Source of the DNA: an uncultured Bacilli bacterium
Lineage (GTDB): Bacteria; Bacillota_I; Bacilli_A; RFN20; CAG-288
Assembly: GCA_934725685.1 (NCBI GenBank)
Contig: CAKVBX010000002.1
Span: forward strand, 19,581 to 83,580
DNA: 64,000 nucleotides
Direction of reading: 5' to 3'
The notes under the pieces were generated by a model. The model saw only the letters and a list, made by a program, of their open reading frames with translations. It was not told the origin of the DNA and did not search any database. Shown piece after piece: positions 1-9,028 of the stretch (its first letter is position 1; each line of letters starts with the position of its first letter). Made by a program: the position numbers and the translations under genes.

Positions 1-641
1 GTGGAAATCTCACCAAGATTGATCTTCCGGCCACAGTGTCCGAAATCGGTGAGAATGCCTTCAGTGCCTGCTTCAGTCTGAAGTCCTTCACCTTCCCTGC
101 CGCTGTCACGGAAGTCCCGACTAAGATGTTCACTAGCTGCCGTGCTCTTACCACTGTCACGCTTCATGATGGCATCACCTCCATCGGAGACAATGCCTTC
201 GAAGGCTGCTCCACCCTCACCGGAATCGATCTCAGTATGACTAAGATTACGGAACTGAAAGAGAATACCTTTATGTCCTGTGGGGCCATGACGGAAGCCA
301 AACTTCCTGAAACACTCACCGTCATCAAGGATTCCGCTTTCAAGTTCTGCTATGAACTCAGAAGAATCCAGATTCCTTCCCATGTCACCACCATCGGAGA
401 CGATGCTTTCTTCAATTGTTCCAAGCTCACTTATGTCTATCTTCCGAAGTCTGTCAAGAGCATCGGAACGGTCGCTTTCCGTACCGTCTATGCGTCGGAA
501 GGTAAAGTTAACCTTTACTTCGAAGCAGATTCCTTCGTCAACGAAAACACCGAAGTCGGCAATAATTTCACCAACGGAAATATCTTCTATGGGAAAACTC
601 TCAGTGATTATGAGACAGACTCCCAGGGTGCACTATTATGA
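1..641 (+). CDS. Leucine-rich repeat (BspA-type) surface protein, 5' end outside window
   Basis: Frame is open from base 3 (GNLTKIDLPATVSEIGENAF...). About six consecutive ~23-aa repeats of the form L..I.LP..VT.IG..AF..C..L (e.g. LTTVTLHDGITSIGDNAFEGCST, LRRIQIPSHVTTIGDDAFFNCSK). Stop TGA 639-641 overlaps the next ATG (ATGA). Confidence 0.75.
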   Translation, partial: GNLTKIDLPATVSEIGENAFSACFSLKSFTFPAAVTEVPTKMFTSCRALTTVTLHDGITSIGDNAFEGCSTLTGIDLSMTKITELKENTFMSCGAMTEAKLPETLTVIKDSAFKFCYELRRIQIPSHVTTIGDDAFFNCSKLTYVYLPKSVKSIGTVAFRTVYASEGKVNLYFEADSFVNENTEVGNNFTNGNIFYGKTLSDYETDSQGALL

Positions 642-2335
642 AATCGTCCCATAAGAAACTTCCGCTGCTTCTTCTGATTCCTTCCTTGCTTGTCGGCTGT
701 CAGAACACCGATACGCCGACGGAATCGTCAACTCCGAACACTGAGCCGGCAAAACCGGTCGAGAAACTGGAAATCACCGGTGTCACTCATATTGGTGTCA
801 GGGAATATACGACCATGACCTGTTCCTATCAGGGAAAACTGATCTCTCCGCAGTGGACTTCCTCCGATAAGAAGGTTGCTACCGTTTCGACGACTGGAAT
901 GGTCAAAGGCATCTCCATCGGCGATGTTACAATTACGGCATCCTATAACGGATTATCCTCTGATTTCTCTCTTTCCGTTACGGAAAGCTGGGCACTTTCC
1001 TCTGTCGTCAGCCGTATTGCTTCTTCCAGTTATCAGGTCAAGATGACCGGGGAAGGCGGTGATTTCGATTCCATGAGCAATCCGTCCTTTACGTTGGATT
1101 GCTATGAGAACGGATTCTATTACGAGGGCGGAGATTCCGACGCCTTTGTCGCCGATTATGGTGTCGGTGTCGATGCCAAGAAGAGGAACTTCTATTATGA
1201 GAAGGACGCCACAGGAAAAATCAGTAATGCACTTTATTTCCGTGATCAGTCTCTTGGCATCACTTCCAGATTCTACGGCCTCAGCATTCTCCCAGCAACT
1301 TACTATCGTATGGATCTGAGAGAAGACAATACCTATGATCTGATGAACAATTCCCTCTCTGCCTATTTCCAGGCCCTCTACTTCTTCATGGGAACCCAGT
1401 TCATCTCGACCGAAGAGAAAGATTTCATGGAAGAACTTCAGTCGAGTGTCCTTTCTCTCACTATGACTGTCAACGGGACAAATTCCCTGACGGTCAACAT
1501 GGGATTCGGAAGAAAAGTCGACGAGGAAGAAATCATCGACGAAACAATCAAGCTTGAGATTCAGTCCCTTGCGGATAAGAACGATGCAATTCTTGCTTCC
1601 TTCCTCGACACGTCTTCCCCTGCGTTCCCGGAGGTCTATCCCGAAATTACCAAGCTGTATGAGCTGTCTAAGAACCATAACTATACCCGTGATTTCGGAA
1701 ACTACACCGGGGATGGCATCAGTATCCATATCGGCCAGTCCTATTTCACGGATAAGTACATTTTCATCGAGTATACGCCTGAGTATCTCGAAGAGACAAA
1801 GGGTGCCTATGAAGAGAATCCTCTCATCTCCCGCGGATATGTCGATATCTACGGAAAGAAGGATTATCAGGATGGCAGCTATTACTTCGAATATAAAGAT
1901 GGGAAAGTGAATGTCGGCTCCCGTGAAATGAATTCTTCAACCGGTAAGTTCTATTCTCACTGGTATGATTTCTACGAAAACCTCACACTCATTCTCGATA
2001 TGTTATCGGATGATTTCTACATGTTCGATAGAATCCAGGCGAGCGGTTCTGCCTTTGCCAAGGAATTCGGTTCTTATTCTCAGATTGGTGCTTCCATCAC
2101 GGAAGAGCTTTTCTCGGATTATCTTCAGGCGATTTCCGGAATGACTGCCAGCGGCATCATTCTCAGCATTGACTATTCGGACGAAAATCCGTCTGACACC
2201 ATCGCAATGGTCGGCGGCCTCTTCACCTATAATTCTAACCTCGCCTACGATTTCCAGAAGTATCCTTACACAAAATTCAACACGACCTCTTCGAAAGTCA
2301 TGGATGACTTCCTGAATTCTCTTATCGATCGTTAA
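638..2335 (+). CDS. Lipoprotein with N-terminal bacterial Ig-like (Big_2-type) domain, function unknown
   Basis: Signal peptide plus lipobox MKSSHKKLPLLLLIPSLLVGC. Big_2-like segment ITGVTHIGVREYTTMTCSY...WTSSDKKVATVSTTGMVKGISIGDVTITASY. Translationally coupled to the upstream LRR gene. Confidence 0.7.
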   Translation: MKSSHKKLPLLLLIPSLLVGCQNTDTPTESSTPNTEPAKPVEKLEITGVTHIGVREYTTMTCSYQGKLISPQWTSSDKKVATVSTTGMVKGISIGDVTITASYNGLSSDFSLSVTESWALSSVVSRIASSSYQVKMTGEGGDFDSMSNPSFTLDCYENGFYYEGGDSDAFVADYGVGVDAKKRNFYYEKDATGKISNALYFRDQSLGITSRFYGLSILPATYYRMDLREDNTYDLMNNSLSAYFQALYFFMGTQFISTEEKDFMEELQSSVLSLTMTVNGTNSLTVNMGFGRKVDEEEIIDETIKLEIQSLADKNDAILASFLDTSSPAFPEVYPEITKLYELSKNHNYTRDFGNYTGDGISIHIGQSYFTDKYIFIEYTPEYLEETKGAYEENPLISRGYVDIYGKKDYQDGSYYFEYKDGKVNVGSREMNSSTGKFYSHWYDFYENLTLILDMLSDDFYMFDRIQASGSAFAKEFGSYSQIGASITEELFSDYLQAISGMTASGIILSIDYSDENPSDTIAMVGGLFTYNSNLAYDFQKYPYTKFNTTSSKVMDDFLNSLIDR

Positions 2336-2394
2336 GATATTTAAAACACCTTGCCTGAAATATGACAGGGTGTTTTTCTATATAACATAAGAAA

Positions 2395-2424
2395 AAGGCT
2401 TCTGCGGATATGCAGAAGCCTTTT
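2395..2424. terminator. Bidirectional rho-independent terminator between convergent genes
   Basis: Perfect hairpin AAGGCTTCTGC-GGATAT-GCAGAAGCCTT with an A-run on the left and a T-run on the right. Confidence 0.8.
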
Positions 2425-2438
2425 GTAAATAAAACGGA

Positions 2439-5339
2439 TTACTTCGCTAATGTGATGGTGAAGACTTTTGCACCGAAGGTAACGGTGTAGACACCGGATG
2501 CATAAGTGTAGCTACCGGAGTAAGAAGTGTAAGAGGAGCTTGTGCTATCCGCGTAATAATTCGATGCAGTGGCGCCATAGGAGGAATAGGAGCTGCTCGG
2601 GCCTTTAAATGTGAACTTGCTGGTGGTAGTTCCATCGGTGAAGTAAATGACACCTTCATAGACACCGGTCCTCATTTCCGTCTTGACATAGGTGTAGGTG
2701 GTACCGGATTCATCCTTCATCGTGAATTTGCCACAGAGAATCGCAAGTCTTTCGGTGAAGGTAGCATAATAGGAACTGCTCGGAACCTTGCTGACATTGT
2801 CGATTTCAACCTTGTTGAGCAGAACCTTCTTATGGGTTGTCTTTTCAGAACCGGAGGAAGCGGCGAGATGTTCTTCGCTATCCTTCATTTCAAGATCCAA
2901 AGCGGTGACATGATCAGATGTCTTGAGGCTGATCTTGCCTGTGGAAGAAATATCATAGGTGAAGTCATAATTGTCGGTGACAACGAGATCGTTGGAACCG
3001 ATTCCGACGGATCCTGTTCCATCGGCATTGAGCGTCAGGCTCTTGATTTCATAGTAAGAAGAACCAATGTCATAGGTGCCTGCAGCTTTTTCGGCAGTCC
3101 AAGGATCGGTGATGTTGAGGGAGAGAGAGGTGGAAATCGTGGGCTTGGTCTTGGATCCATAGGTGATCTTCACACCGGATTCCGCACGATTGACCGTGAG
3201 CTTGAAGGTGATGGCGCCAGTTGCCTTCTTATCTTCATTGCTGTTGAAGTCAGAGAGGGTGACGGCATCGCTGCTGGCAGCAATCTGGATGTCGGTGGGA
3301 TCGTATCCGGCATAAGGAGTTAATTTGAAATTGTAGCTCTGTCCGACATAGACTGTGGAAATGGATTTTCCATCGACCGTGAGGTTGCCAAGCTGGGAAG
3401 AGGTAGAGAAGGCTTCATAGACCGTGGTGACATGGAGATCATAGGTGACCATATTGTATTCGTTGCCGATGGTGATGGTGGTTTCACCAATCTTACCTTT
3501 TCCTGCAAGGGAACCATTGTAGTTCTTGCTGAAGAATTCGGAATCATAAGTCATGATTTTGTAGTTGCCAAGATCAATCGGAGCAGCCGGCTCGACGGCG
3601 ATGACGCCGAGATCCTTGATTTCCAGGGTCTGGACTCTGGAAGAAATCTCCATGTTATCGGTTGCAGTTTCGATCTCGCTGGCGATGTTGTCCTCCAAGG
3701 GAATCTGGAAGGCGGAAACGGCACTTCTATCGCCATACTCGGCAGAGAACTTGTAGACCTCAGTCTTGGTGAGATAGTCTTCGATGTTATCGACAGGGAG
3801 CTTGGTGCTGGTATCGACAATCTTGCTTCCGGAATAAGACTTCATTGTGTATTCGCCGCTTTCAATTTTGCCGTCTTCGTTGAGGGTGAGGACAAGATTG
3901 TTGGTGGCGTAATAGGATGTTCCATAAGCACTGGCAGAAACTTCATAGTTGCTGAATTCAATCTTCATGGCATCGCCGATGTCGCCAATATATTCGCTCT
4001 TGATCTTGATGTTATCCTTGATGGCGTCATCAGTGAGCGAGGAACTGCCGGTAATGTGGGCGTGAGCGAGGAAGTATCCGAGAATGGTGTTGATGTGGTT
4101 GTACTCTGCCAGATAGTCGATAACTTTTTCCTTGGCTTGTTCCGTGGTCAGATACTTTCTTTCGAAGGCGTTGACCAATGTGCTTTCCGGTTCGTCGGCT
4201 TTTTCGGTGACATTTTCGGTTTCATCCTTGATAAGAGCACCGGAGACGGACGGATTTGTGAGAGAGGAACCTTCGTATTTTGCGATTTCGTAATAGTTAG
4301 TGGAATTGAGAACGGCTTCTTTCTTGGAAATTGCGGAATTTTCTTTTCCGGCTTCTTCTGTAATGGCACCTTCCGCAGTCTGATCGGCAGAGTAAGAGTA
4401 TTCTTCGCTCTGGATGTAGTGCTGATTTTCGTTTAAGGTTTCGGAAATGGTCTTCTTGGTGATGCTGCCGTTCTGGGTAACCGTGGATTCGGAAGTGAAC
4501 TTGCTTCCTTCTTCCGCAAACTGGTTGCTGAACTGCTTGATGAACTTCTTATAGGCATCGCCGTCTTCCGGAGCCTGATTCTCTTCCTTGATTTCATCGG
4601 AAGTGAAAACGAGAGGCTGAGAGAGGGAGAAATCAATGGTGATATCAAAGAGACCCTTCTTGATGGACTCAATGTTGTTATCGTTGAAGCGGAAGGCTTT
4701 GTAATAGGCGGGGTTGAAAGCCATGCTGTCGAAACCGAGAGTTTCACCATCCATCTCGATGTGGAACTGCTGACGATAACGTAAGGGAGCATCTTCGATG
4801 GCAAAGGTGAAATCTTCCTTCATGGTGAAGGCGATAGCATCCTGCCCGTCAGCATAGACGAGCTTGACATCGGTATAATTGGAACCGGTTTTGGTCAGAG
4901 TGAGGGCGCCCTCCTTGATGGTGAGAGTGTAGATACCTTCGTTCATGACCTTGATGTAATGACCGTTGCCGGCTTCAAAACCGTCCTTGGCAGTCAGAGA
5001 ATCGAAAGAAATGACGGCAGCATCATCCGTTCCATTAATGAAGAAAGCGTCGCCTCTCTTGAGGGAAATACCAGTCAAAGTATAGGTCTTGGTTGCTTCA
5101 TCATAATCGAATTTCTCACTGTCTTTTTCGCCGAGATTGATATTGCCGGCTAAAAAATAGTCCGGAGTTTTCACAACAGGAGTTTCGGTGGCAGGAGCAT
5201 CCGTAGCAGGAGCCTCAGTAGCAGGAGTTTCTTCGGTCGTTTTTTCACTGGGCTTGGAATCGCAGCCTGTGACAAGCAGACCGAGCAGAGAAAGAAGCAT
5301 AATTGTTTTTGTTTTTTTCATATTGTTTAAGCCTTTCAT
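2439..5339 (-). CDS. Large surface lipoprotein (966 aa), function unknown
   Basis: N-terminus MKGLNNMKKTKTIMLLSLLGLLVTGC (lipobox; start may be the second Met at 5321). PATEAPATDAPATETP linker, long beta-rich body, Ser/Tyr-rich C-terminus. Confidence 0.7.
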   Translation of the reverse strand: MKGLNNMKKTKTIMLLSLLGLLVTGCDSKPSEKTTEETPATEAPATDAPATETPVVKTPDYFLAGNINLGEKDSEKFDYDEATKTYTLTGISLKRGDAFFINGTDDAAVISFDSLTAKDGFEAGNGHYIKVMNEGIYTLTIKEGALTLTKTGSNYTDVKLVYADGQDAIAFTMKEDFTFAIEDAPLRYRQQFHIEMDGETLGFDSMAFNPAYYKAFRFNDNNIESIKKGLFDITIDFSLSQPLVFTSDEIKEENQAPEDGDAYKKFIKQFSNQFAEEGSKFTSESTVTQNGSITKKTISETLNENQHYIQSEEYSYSADQTAEGAITEEAGKENSAISKKEAVLNSTNYYEIAKYEGSSLTNPSVSGALIKDETENVTEKADEPESTLVNAFERKYLTTEQAKEKVIDYLAEYNHINTILGYFLAHAHITGSSSLTDDAIKDNIKIKSEYIGDIGDAMKIEFSNYEVSASAYGTSYYATNNLVLTLNEDGKIESGEYTMKSYSGSKIVDTSTKLPVDNIEDYLTKTEVYKFSAEYGDRSAVSAFQIPLEDNIASEIETATDNMEISSRVQTLEIKDLGVIAVEPAAPIDLGNYKIMTYDSEFFSKNYNGSLAGKGKIGETTITIGNEYNMVTYDLHVTTVYEAFSTSSQLGNLTVDGKSISTVYVGQSYNFKLTPYAGYDPTDIQIAASSDAVTLSDFNSNEDKKATGAITFKLTVNRAESGVKITYGSKTKPTISTSLSLNITDPWTAEKAAGTYDIGSSYYEIKSLTLNADGTGSVGIGSNDLVVTDNYDFTYDISSTGKISLKTSDHVTALDLEMKDSEEHLAASSGSEKTTHKKVLLNKVEIDNVSKVPSSSYYATFTERLAILCGKFTMKDESGTTYTYVKTEMRTGVYEGVIYFTDGTTTSKFTFKGPSSSYSSYGATASNYYADSTSSSYTSYSGSYTYASGVYTVTFGAKVFTITLAK
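5173..5232 (-). repeat. Tandem 15-nt coding repeat (about 4 units) encoding the (E/D)(T/A)PAT linker of the 966-aa lipoprotein
   Basis: Plus-strand units GTGGCAGGAGCATCC / GTAGCAGGAGCCTCA / GTAGCAGGAGTTTCT plus one degenerate unit. Protein reads ETPAT EAPAT DAPAT ETPVV. Confidence 0.7.
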
Positions 5340-5588
5340 TTCAATGTTTTTATTATAATTTCAGCCTTTTTCTATTAAGAAAAGATTAATGATTATAGTA
5401 GACATGTGAAAAGCGATGAAAATAGGAATTTTTCATTAAAAATCAAATGAAAGTAGCCTGTTTTTTATTAAAAATAAGCAGCAAAATATTCTTAAAAAAA
5501 ATATTGAAAGCGCTTTAAATGTCAGGATTTTTTCTTAAAGAAAAGTTGAAATATTGAAAGAAACTTAAAAGATTTTAAAATTCAGAGA

Positions 5589-6293
5589 TCAGAAAATGTG
5601 ATGAATGCCGAAGGCTAAACCATAATAGGTGAATAACTGTCCTACGAGATAAAGAAGCATGATGATGAAGTCACTCTTCTCCATTGTTTTTCCGACCACT
5701 GCTTTTTCTAAGATGATGTCGCTGGCGATACAACAGACATAACCAATAAAGATCATCGTTCCGCAGGCAGTGGTGCCAGTGAAGAAAAGAATGAGGGAAA
5801 AGATGACGTTTTCAAGATGCAGTGTTGCAAAAGCATATTTGAAGAGGGAGAATTTCTTCCCTTTTTCAAAGACAAAATAACCGAGAAGGGAAGCAATGGG
5901 AATGGCGATATAAAGCAAAACATAATGCCAGGCCTGAAGCTCCCATCCTAGAATGGCACATTGTGTCAGAATATTCAGAACATGGCTGGAAGCAAAGAAG
6001 GTGGCGCCGAGAAGGAAGAGAAACGGTTTTTCGTCAAAGAGTAGGATGATATCTCCGATACAGGCCAAAAAACAGGCAACTGGAATCAAAGGATAGTCTT
6101 TAGAGAAAAAACACATCGAAATTCCTAGTAACATCAGAAGGAAGGGCTTAGTTCGCATTCTGTGTTTTTCGTTGCCAGTCCGACAGAAAAACAGGTGGAT
6201 TGTGGAGAGAGCGAGGTATAGAATGGTTGGTACGGCGATTCCGATTGTTCCTAACATGGCTTCATCATACCATGAAATCGATAGAATGTCCAT
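5589..6293 (-). CDS. YhhN-family integral membrane protein (lysoplasmalogenase-like)
   Basis: Multi-TM protein with a YhhN-like pattern (..CIGDIILLFDEK..FLLGATFFASSHVLNI..IFIGYVCCIASDIIL). The tracked ORF extends to 6443 through the tRNA-Leu gene, so I trimmed the start to Met at 6293. Met at 6257 is also possible. Confidence 0.55.
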   Translation of the reverse strand: MDILSISWYDEAMLGTIGIAVPTILYLALSTIHLFFCRTGNEKHRMRTKPFLLMLLGISMCFFSKDYPLIPVACFLACIGDIILLFDEKPFLFLLGATFFASSHVLNILTQCAILGWELQAWHYVLLYIAIPIASLLGYFVFEKGKKFSLFKYAFATLHLENVIFSLILFFTGTTACGTMIFIGYVCCIASDIILEKAVVGKTMEKSDFIIMLLYLVGQLFTYYGLAFGIHHIF

Positions 6294-6302
6294 TTGTGAT
6301 AT

Positions 6303-6340
6303 GAAAAAAACAAAAACTCCGATACATTTCTGTATCGGAG
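6303..6340 (-). terminator. Rho-independent terminator downstream of tRNA-Leu
   Basis: Minus strand reads CTCCGATACA-GAAA-TGTATCGGAG followed by TTTTTGTTTTTTT. Confidence 0.8.
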
Positions 6341-6352
6341 TAATGCTTATGA

Positions 6353-6436
<84 letters not shown>

Positions 6437-6451
6437 ATGTCAAGCTTATAA

Positions 6452-6480
6452 ATTATACCTAGATACGGAAATGAATGCAA
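6452..6480 (-). promoter_or_regulatory. Sigma-A-type promoter for tRNA-Leu
   Basis: Minus strand TTGCAT - 17 nt - TATAAT, ending about 15 nt upstream of the tRNA 5' end. Confidence 0.7.
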
Positions 6481-6533
6481 GAGATTTCTGAAAAAAATTC
6501 TGCGCTTTTTCTTTGCGGTTTCAAAACATGGGG

Positions 6534-6562
6534 TTGGCTAAGAGAACGGGAAAGGCTAAAAT
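6534..6562 (+). promoter_or_regulatory. Sigma-A-type promoter directly abutting the start codon at 6572 (candidate leaderless or near-leaderless mRNA)
   Basis: TTGGCT - 17 nt - TAAAAT, then only 9 nt (AGAGAGGCT) before the ATG. Confidence 0.5.
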
Positions 6563-6571
6563 AGAGAGGCT

Positions 6572-7270
6572 ATGGATAAACGAATACTGCTTTATAAGAT
6601 AGATTGTACTCTTGACGGCACAAATCCGATTACCATCAATGTTTATGAGAAAAAGACCGGAAACCGTATGATTGCCCGAATGAGTTATGGAGAACTCGAG
6701 ATTTACTGTCCCCGTTATACTTCAAAAAAGTCTGTCGAGGAGTTCATTGCCAAAGTCATTAAGAAAAGACCGGACAATGTCTACGGCCGTCCTTTTTATA
6801 AAGAAGGCGTCTATCTTTATCTTTTAGGGAAAAAGAGATACCTGACCGATGATGTCGGAAAAAAGAATGATCCTTTCTATTTCTATGTTCCTAAGACCAT
6901 GAAGGATCCTCTCACAAAATATAAGAAACTATTCCTTGAATATCTGAAGGAACGATTGGTTATTCTAGGAAAACGGATGAATGTCGATTTGTCCGATTGG
7001 ACCATTCGGACTGGCCTCTTCCTTTCCTATCTGGGCTCCTGTTTTCCGAGAATCCACCAGATGAAATTCGATTACCGGCTTTTTGCTTATCCGACCTATA
7101 TTTCTGACAGCGTTCTCATCCATGAAATCGCTCATATTTTTGAAATAAACCATAACGCTAGATTCTATTCTATCGTAAAATATTATTGCCCGGATTATGA
7201 CCGCTTACAGGCGGATATCAATCAGGGATATTTTGAGGGAGAGTTAGATCATGTCATTCCGCATTATTGA
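6572..7270 (+). CDS. DUF45/YgjP-like (M48-type) zinc metallohydrolase
   Basis: C-terminal motif LIHEIAHIFEINHNARFYSIV (HExxH ... NH..F) is typical of the YgjP/DUF45 family. Confidence 0.65.
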   Translation: MDKRILLYKIDCTLDGTNPITINVYEKKTGNRMIARMSYGELEIYCPRYTSKKSVEEFIAKVIKKRPDNVYGRPFYKEGVYLYLLGKKRYLTDDVGKKNDPFYFYVPKTMKDPLTKYKKLFLEYLKERLVILGKRMNVDLSDWTIRTGLFLSYLGSCFPRIHQMKFDYRLFAYPTYISDSVLIHEIAHIFEINHNARFYSIVKYYCPDYDRLQADINQGYFEGELDHVIPHY

Positions 7271-7967
7271 GAGCAAGGACAACAAGACCTATAAAGAACT
7301 TCTGGCATTGAAAAAAGGCGACGCCAAGCAGTCTCTCTTTCTCGTGGAAGGAAAAGACCTTGTGGAAGAGGCCATGAAGGATGGCCTTCTTCAGGCACTC
7401 GTTGTCGTCGACGGGACTTCCTGTCCCAAGATGGATGTTCCCATCTACGGACTGAAACAGGGACTTTACCGGGAACTATCATCCTATCAGTCCTTGCCGA
7501 CCATGATGGGAGTCTGTAAGAAAAAGATGGCAACCTTGGATTCCTTGGGAGATAAGGTTATCTATCTCGACCGCATCCAGGATCCTGGAAATGCCGGAAC
7601 CATGATACGGACAGCACTTTCCTTCGGGTATTCTTCCTTGGTATTGTCGAAAGATTCTGTCTCCTTATATAACAGTAAAGTTATTCAGAGCACGAAAGGC
7701 GCTCTGTTCCATCTGCCTGTATTACGGGAAGATCTCATCACACTGAAAGAACGCGGATATCATATCTATCTCACGACATTGGATGGTGTGGATGAAAGCA
7801 AAGTCAGTGCGTTAGAGAAACCATTTGTCCTCGTCTTCGGCAATGAAGGCCAGGGGGTATCGAAACAGAATCTCAGCTTGGGCGATAAGCTGAGAATTGA
7901 AATGAACGGCATTGATTCTCTCAATGTCGCTGTGGCAGCCGGCATCTTCATGTACCGGTTTAGATAA
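7251..7967 (+). CDS. TrmH/SpoU-family RNA 2'-O-methyltransferase (RlmB/YsgA-like)
   Basis: Motifs DRIQDPGNAGTMIRTA, LVFGNEGQGVS, IEMNGIDSLNVAVAAGIFMY. Confidence 0.8.
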   Translation: MSFRIIESKDNKTYKELLALKKGDAKQSLFLVEGKDLVEEAMKDGLLQALVVVDGTSCPKMDVPIYGLKQGLYRELSSYQSLPTMMGVCKKKMATLDSLGDKVIYLDRIQDPGNAGTMIRTALSFGYSSLVLSKDSVSLYNSKVIQSTKGALFHLPVLREDLITLKERGYHIYLTTLDGVDESKVSALEKPFVLVFGNEGQGVSKQNLSLGDKLRIEMNGIDSLNVAVAAGIFMYRFR

Positions 7968-7978
7968 GAGGTTGAAAT

Positions 7979-8917
7979 ATGAACAATTCTAAAGATAATG
8001 TTAAAGTTGTAAAAAAGACAAACGGGAATTTAACTATAAAGAAACCGACTCAGAAAACAGTTCTTATCTGTACGAATGGCTTCCAGACTACCGATACCCA
8101 TGATGCGATGGGAATGCACGATTACTATGTCCAGAAGTTCCAGAATGACTATCCGGAATGCATCGTTGCTCCGGTTCGCCTTTTTGAGGCTTCCGATACA
8201 AAAACCCATCATACTCGCCTCTATGAGAAGAGACTCCGTGATGCGGTGGAAAAATACATTGCTCAGGGGTATCGCATCCTTTTGATGGGTTATTCCTTCA
8301 GCGGTGCACTTGTCTGCAAAATTGCTTATCAGTATCAGAAGCATGTGGACAAAGTCATTCTTGTCGCACCGATTTACGATACGATTCTCAACAACATGAT
8401 TCCTGGTTATCTCCGCTATGCGAAGAAGTTCAAGGACCTCGAGAAGAAGTACGGCAACCGCGTCTCTTCCGCAATGGGAAGACAGACGGTCAAAGGCATG
8501 TTCGGTCTTTTGGTCACGATTTTCTGTTCCATTCTCAAGAACAGAAAATATATGCGTAAGGTAAAGCAGGAAACCATTCTCTTAAGAGGCGACCAGGATC
8601 CGATGTGCTCGGAACATTCTGCCAAGAAAGTCCTCTCATCCCTCCGAGGAAATTATGGCTTCTATCTCTATTCCGGACTGAACCATTCCATGCTGAAATC
8701 CTTGCGTCTTAATGGAATTGTCTATGAGGACATTCTTCATTTTGCTTTCGATACGCCCTGTCTCATTCAAAAAAAGGAGAAAATCCAGGCCATCGCAAAA
8801 CAGGAAATCCGTCATTACGATGAGGATGGCGAAGAGATTCCGACCTTTACGGAAATCTTCAATGAAGTCGATCCCAATGTCGATAACGACACGATTGCAA
8901 GACAGGATCAGATTTGA
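7979..8917 (+). CDS. Alpha/beta-fold hydrolase
   Basis: Nucleophile elbow LLMGYSFSGALV (GxSxG), downstream D and H (GLNHSM) in the expected order. No signal peptide. Confidence 0.55.
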   Translation: MNNSKDNVKVVKKTNGNLTIKKPTQKTVLICTNGFQTTDTHDAMGMHDYYVQKFQNDYPECIVAPVRLFEASDTKTHHTRLYEKRLRDAVEKYIAQGYRILLMGYSFSGALVCKIAYQYQKHVDKVILVAPIYDTILNNMIPGYLRYAKKFKDLEKKYGNRVSSAMGRQTVKGMFGLLVTIFCSILKNRKYMRKVKQETILLRGDQDPMCSEHSAKKVLSSLRGNYGFYLYSGLNHSMLKSLRLNGIVYEDILHFAFDTPCLIQKKEKIQAIAKQEIRHYDEDGEEIPTFTEIFNEVDPNVDNDTIARQDQI

Positions 8918-8921
8918 AAAC

Positions 8922-8945
8922 AGGCGGCTTAGGCCGCTTTTTTCT
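8922..8945 (+). terminator. Rho-independent terminator
   Basis: GCGGC-TTAG-GCCGC stem followed by TTTTTTC. Confidence 0.7.
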
Positions 8946-9028
8946 TTCAACCTGGATTTGTGTATTTATTATACTTTTAATATAATAAGAAAGTTTCTTT
9001 GGAAACCCTTATTTTTTGGAGGCCTTTT

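Noticed and set aside
8946-9028. Possible T-box leader upstream of ileS, and likewise upstream of alaS at 30266-30426.
   Set aside because: The leaders are only about 80-160 nt. They lack a recognisable specifier loop, T-box sequence or terminator/antiterminator pair.
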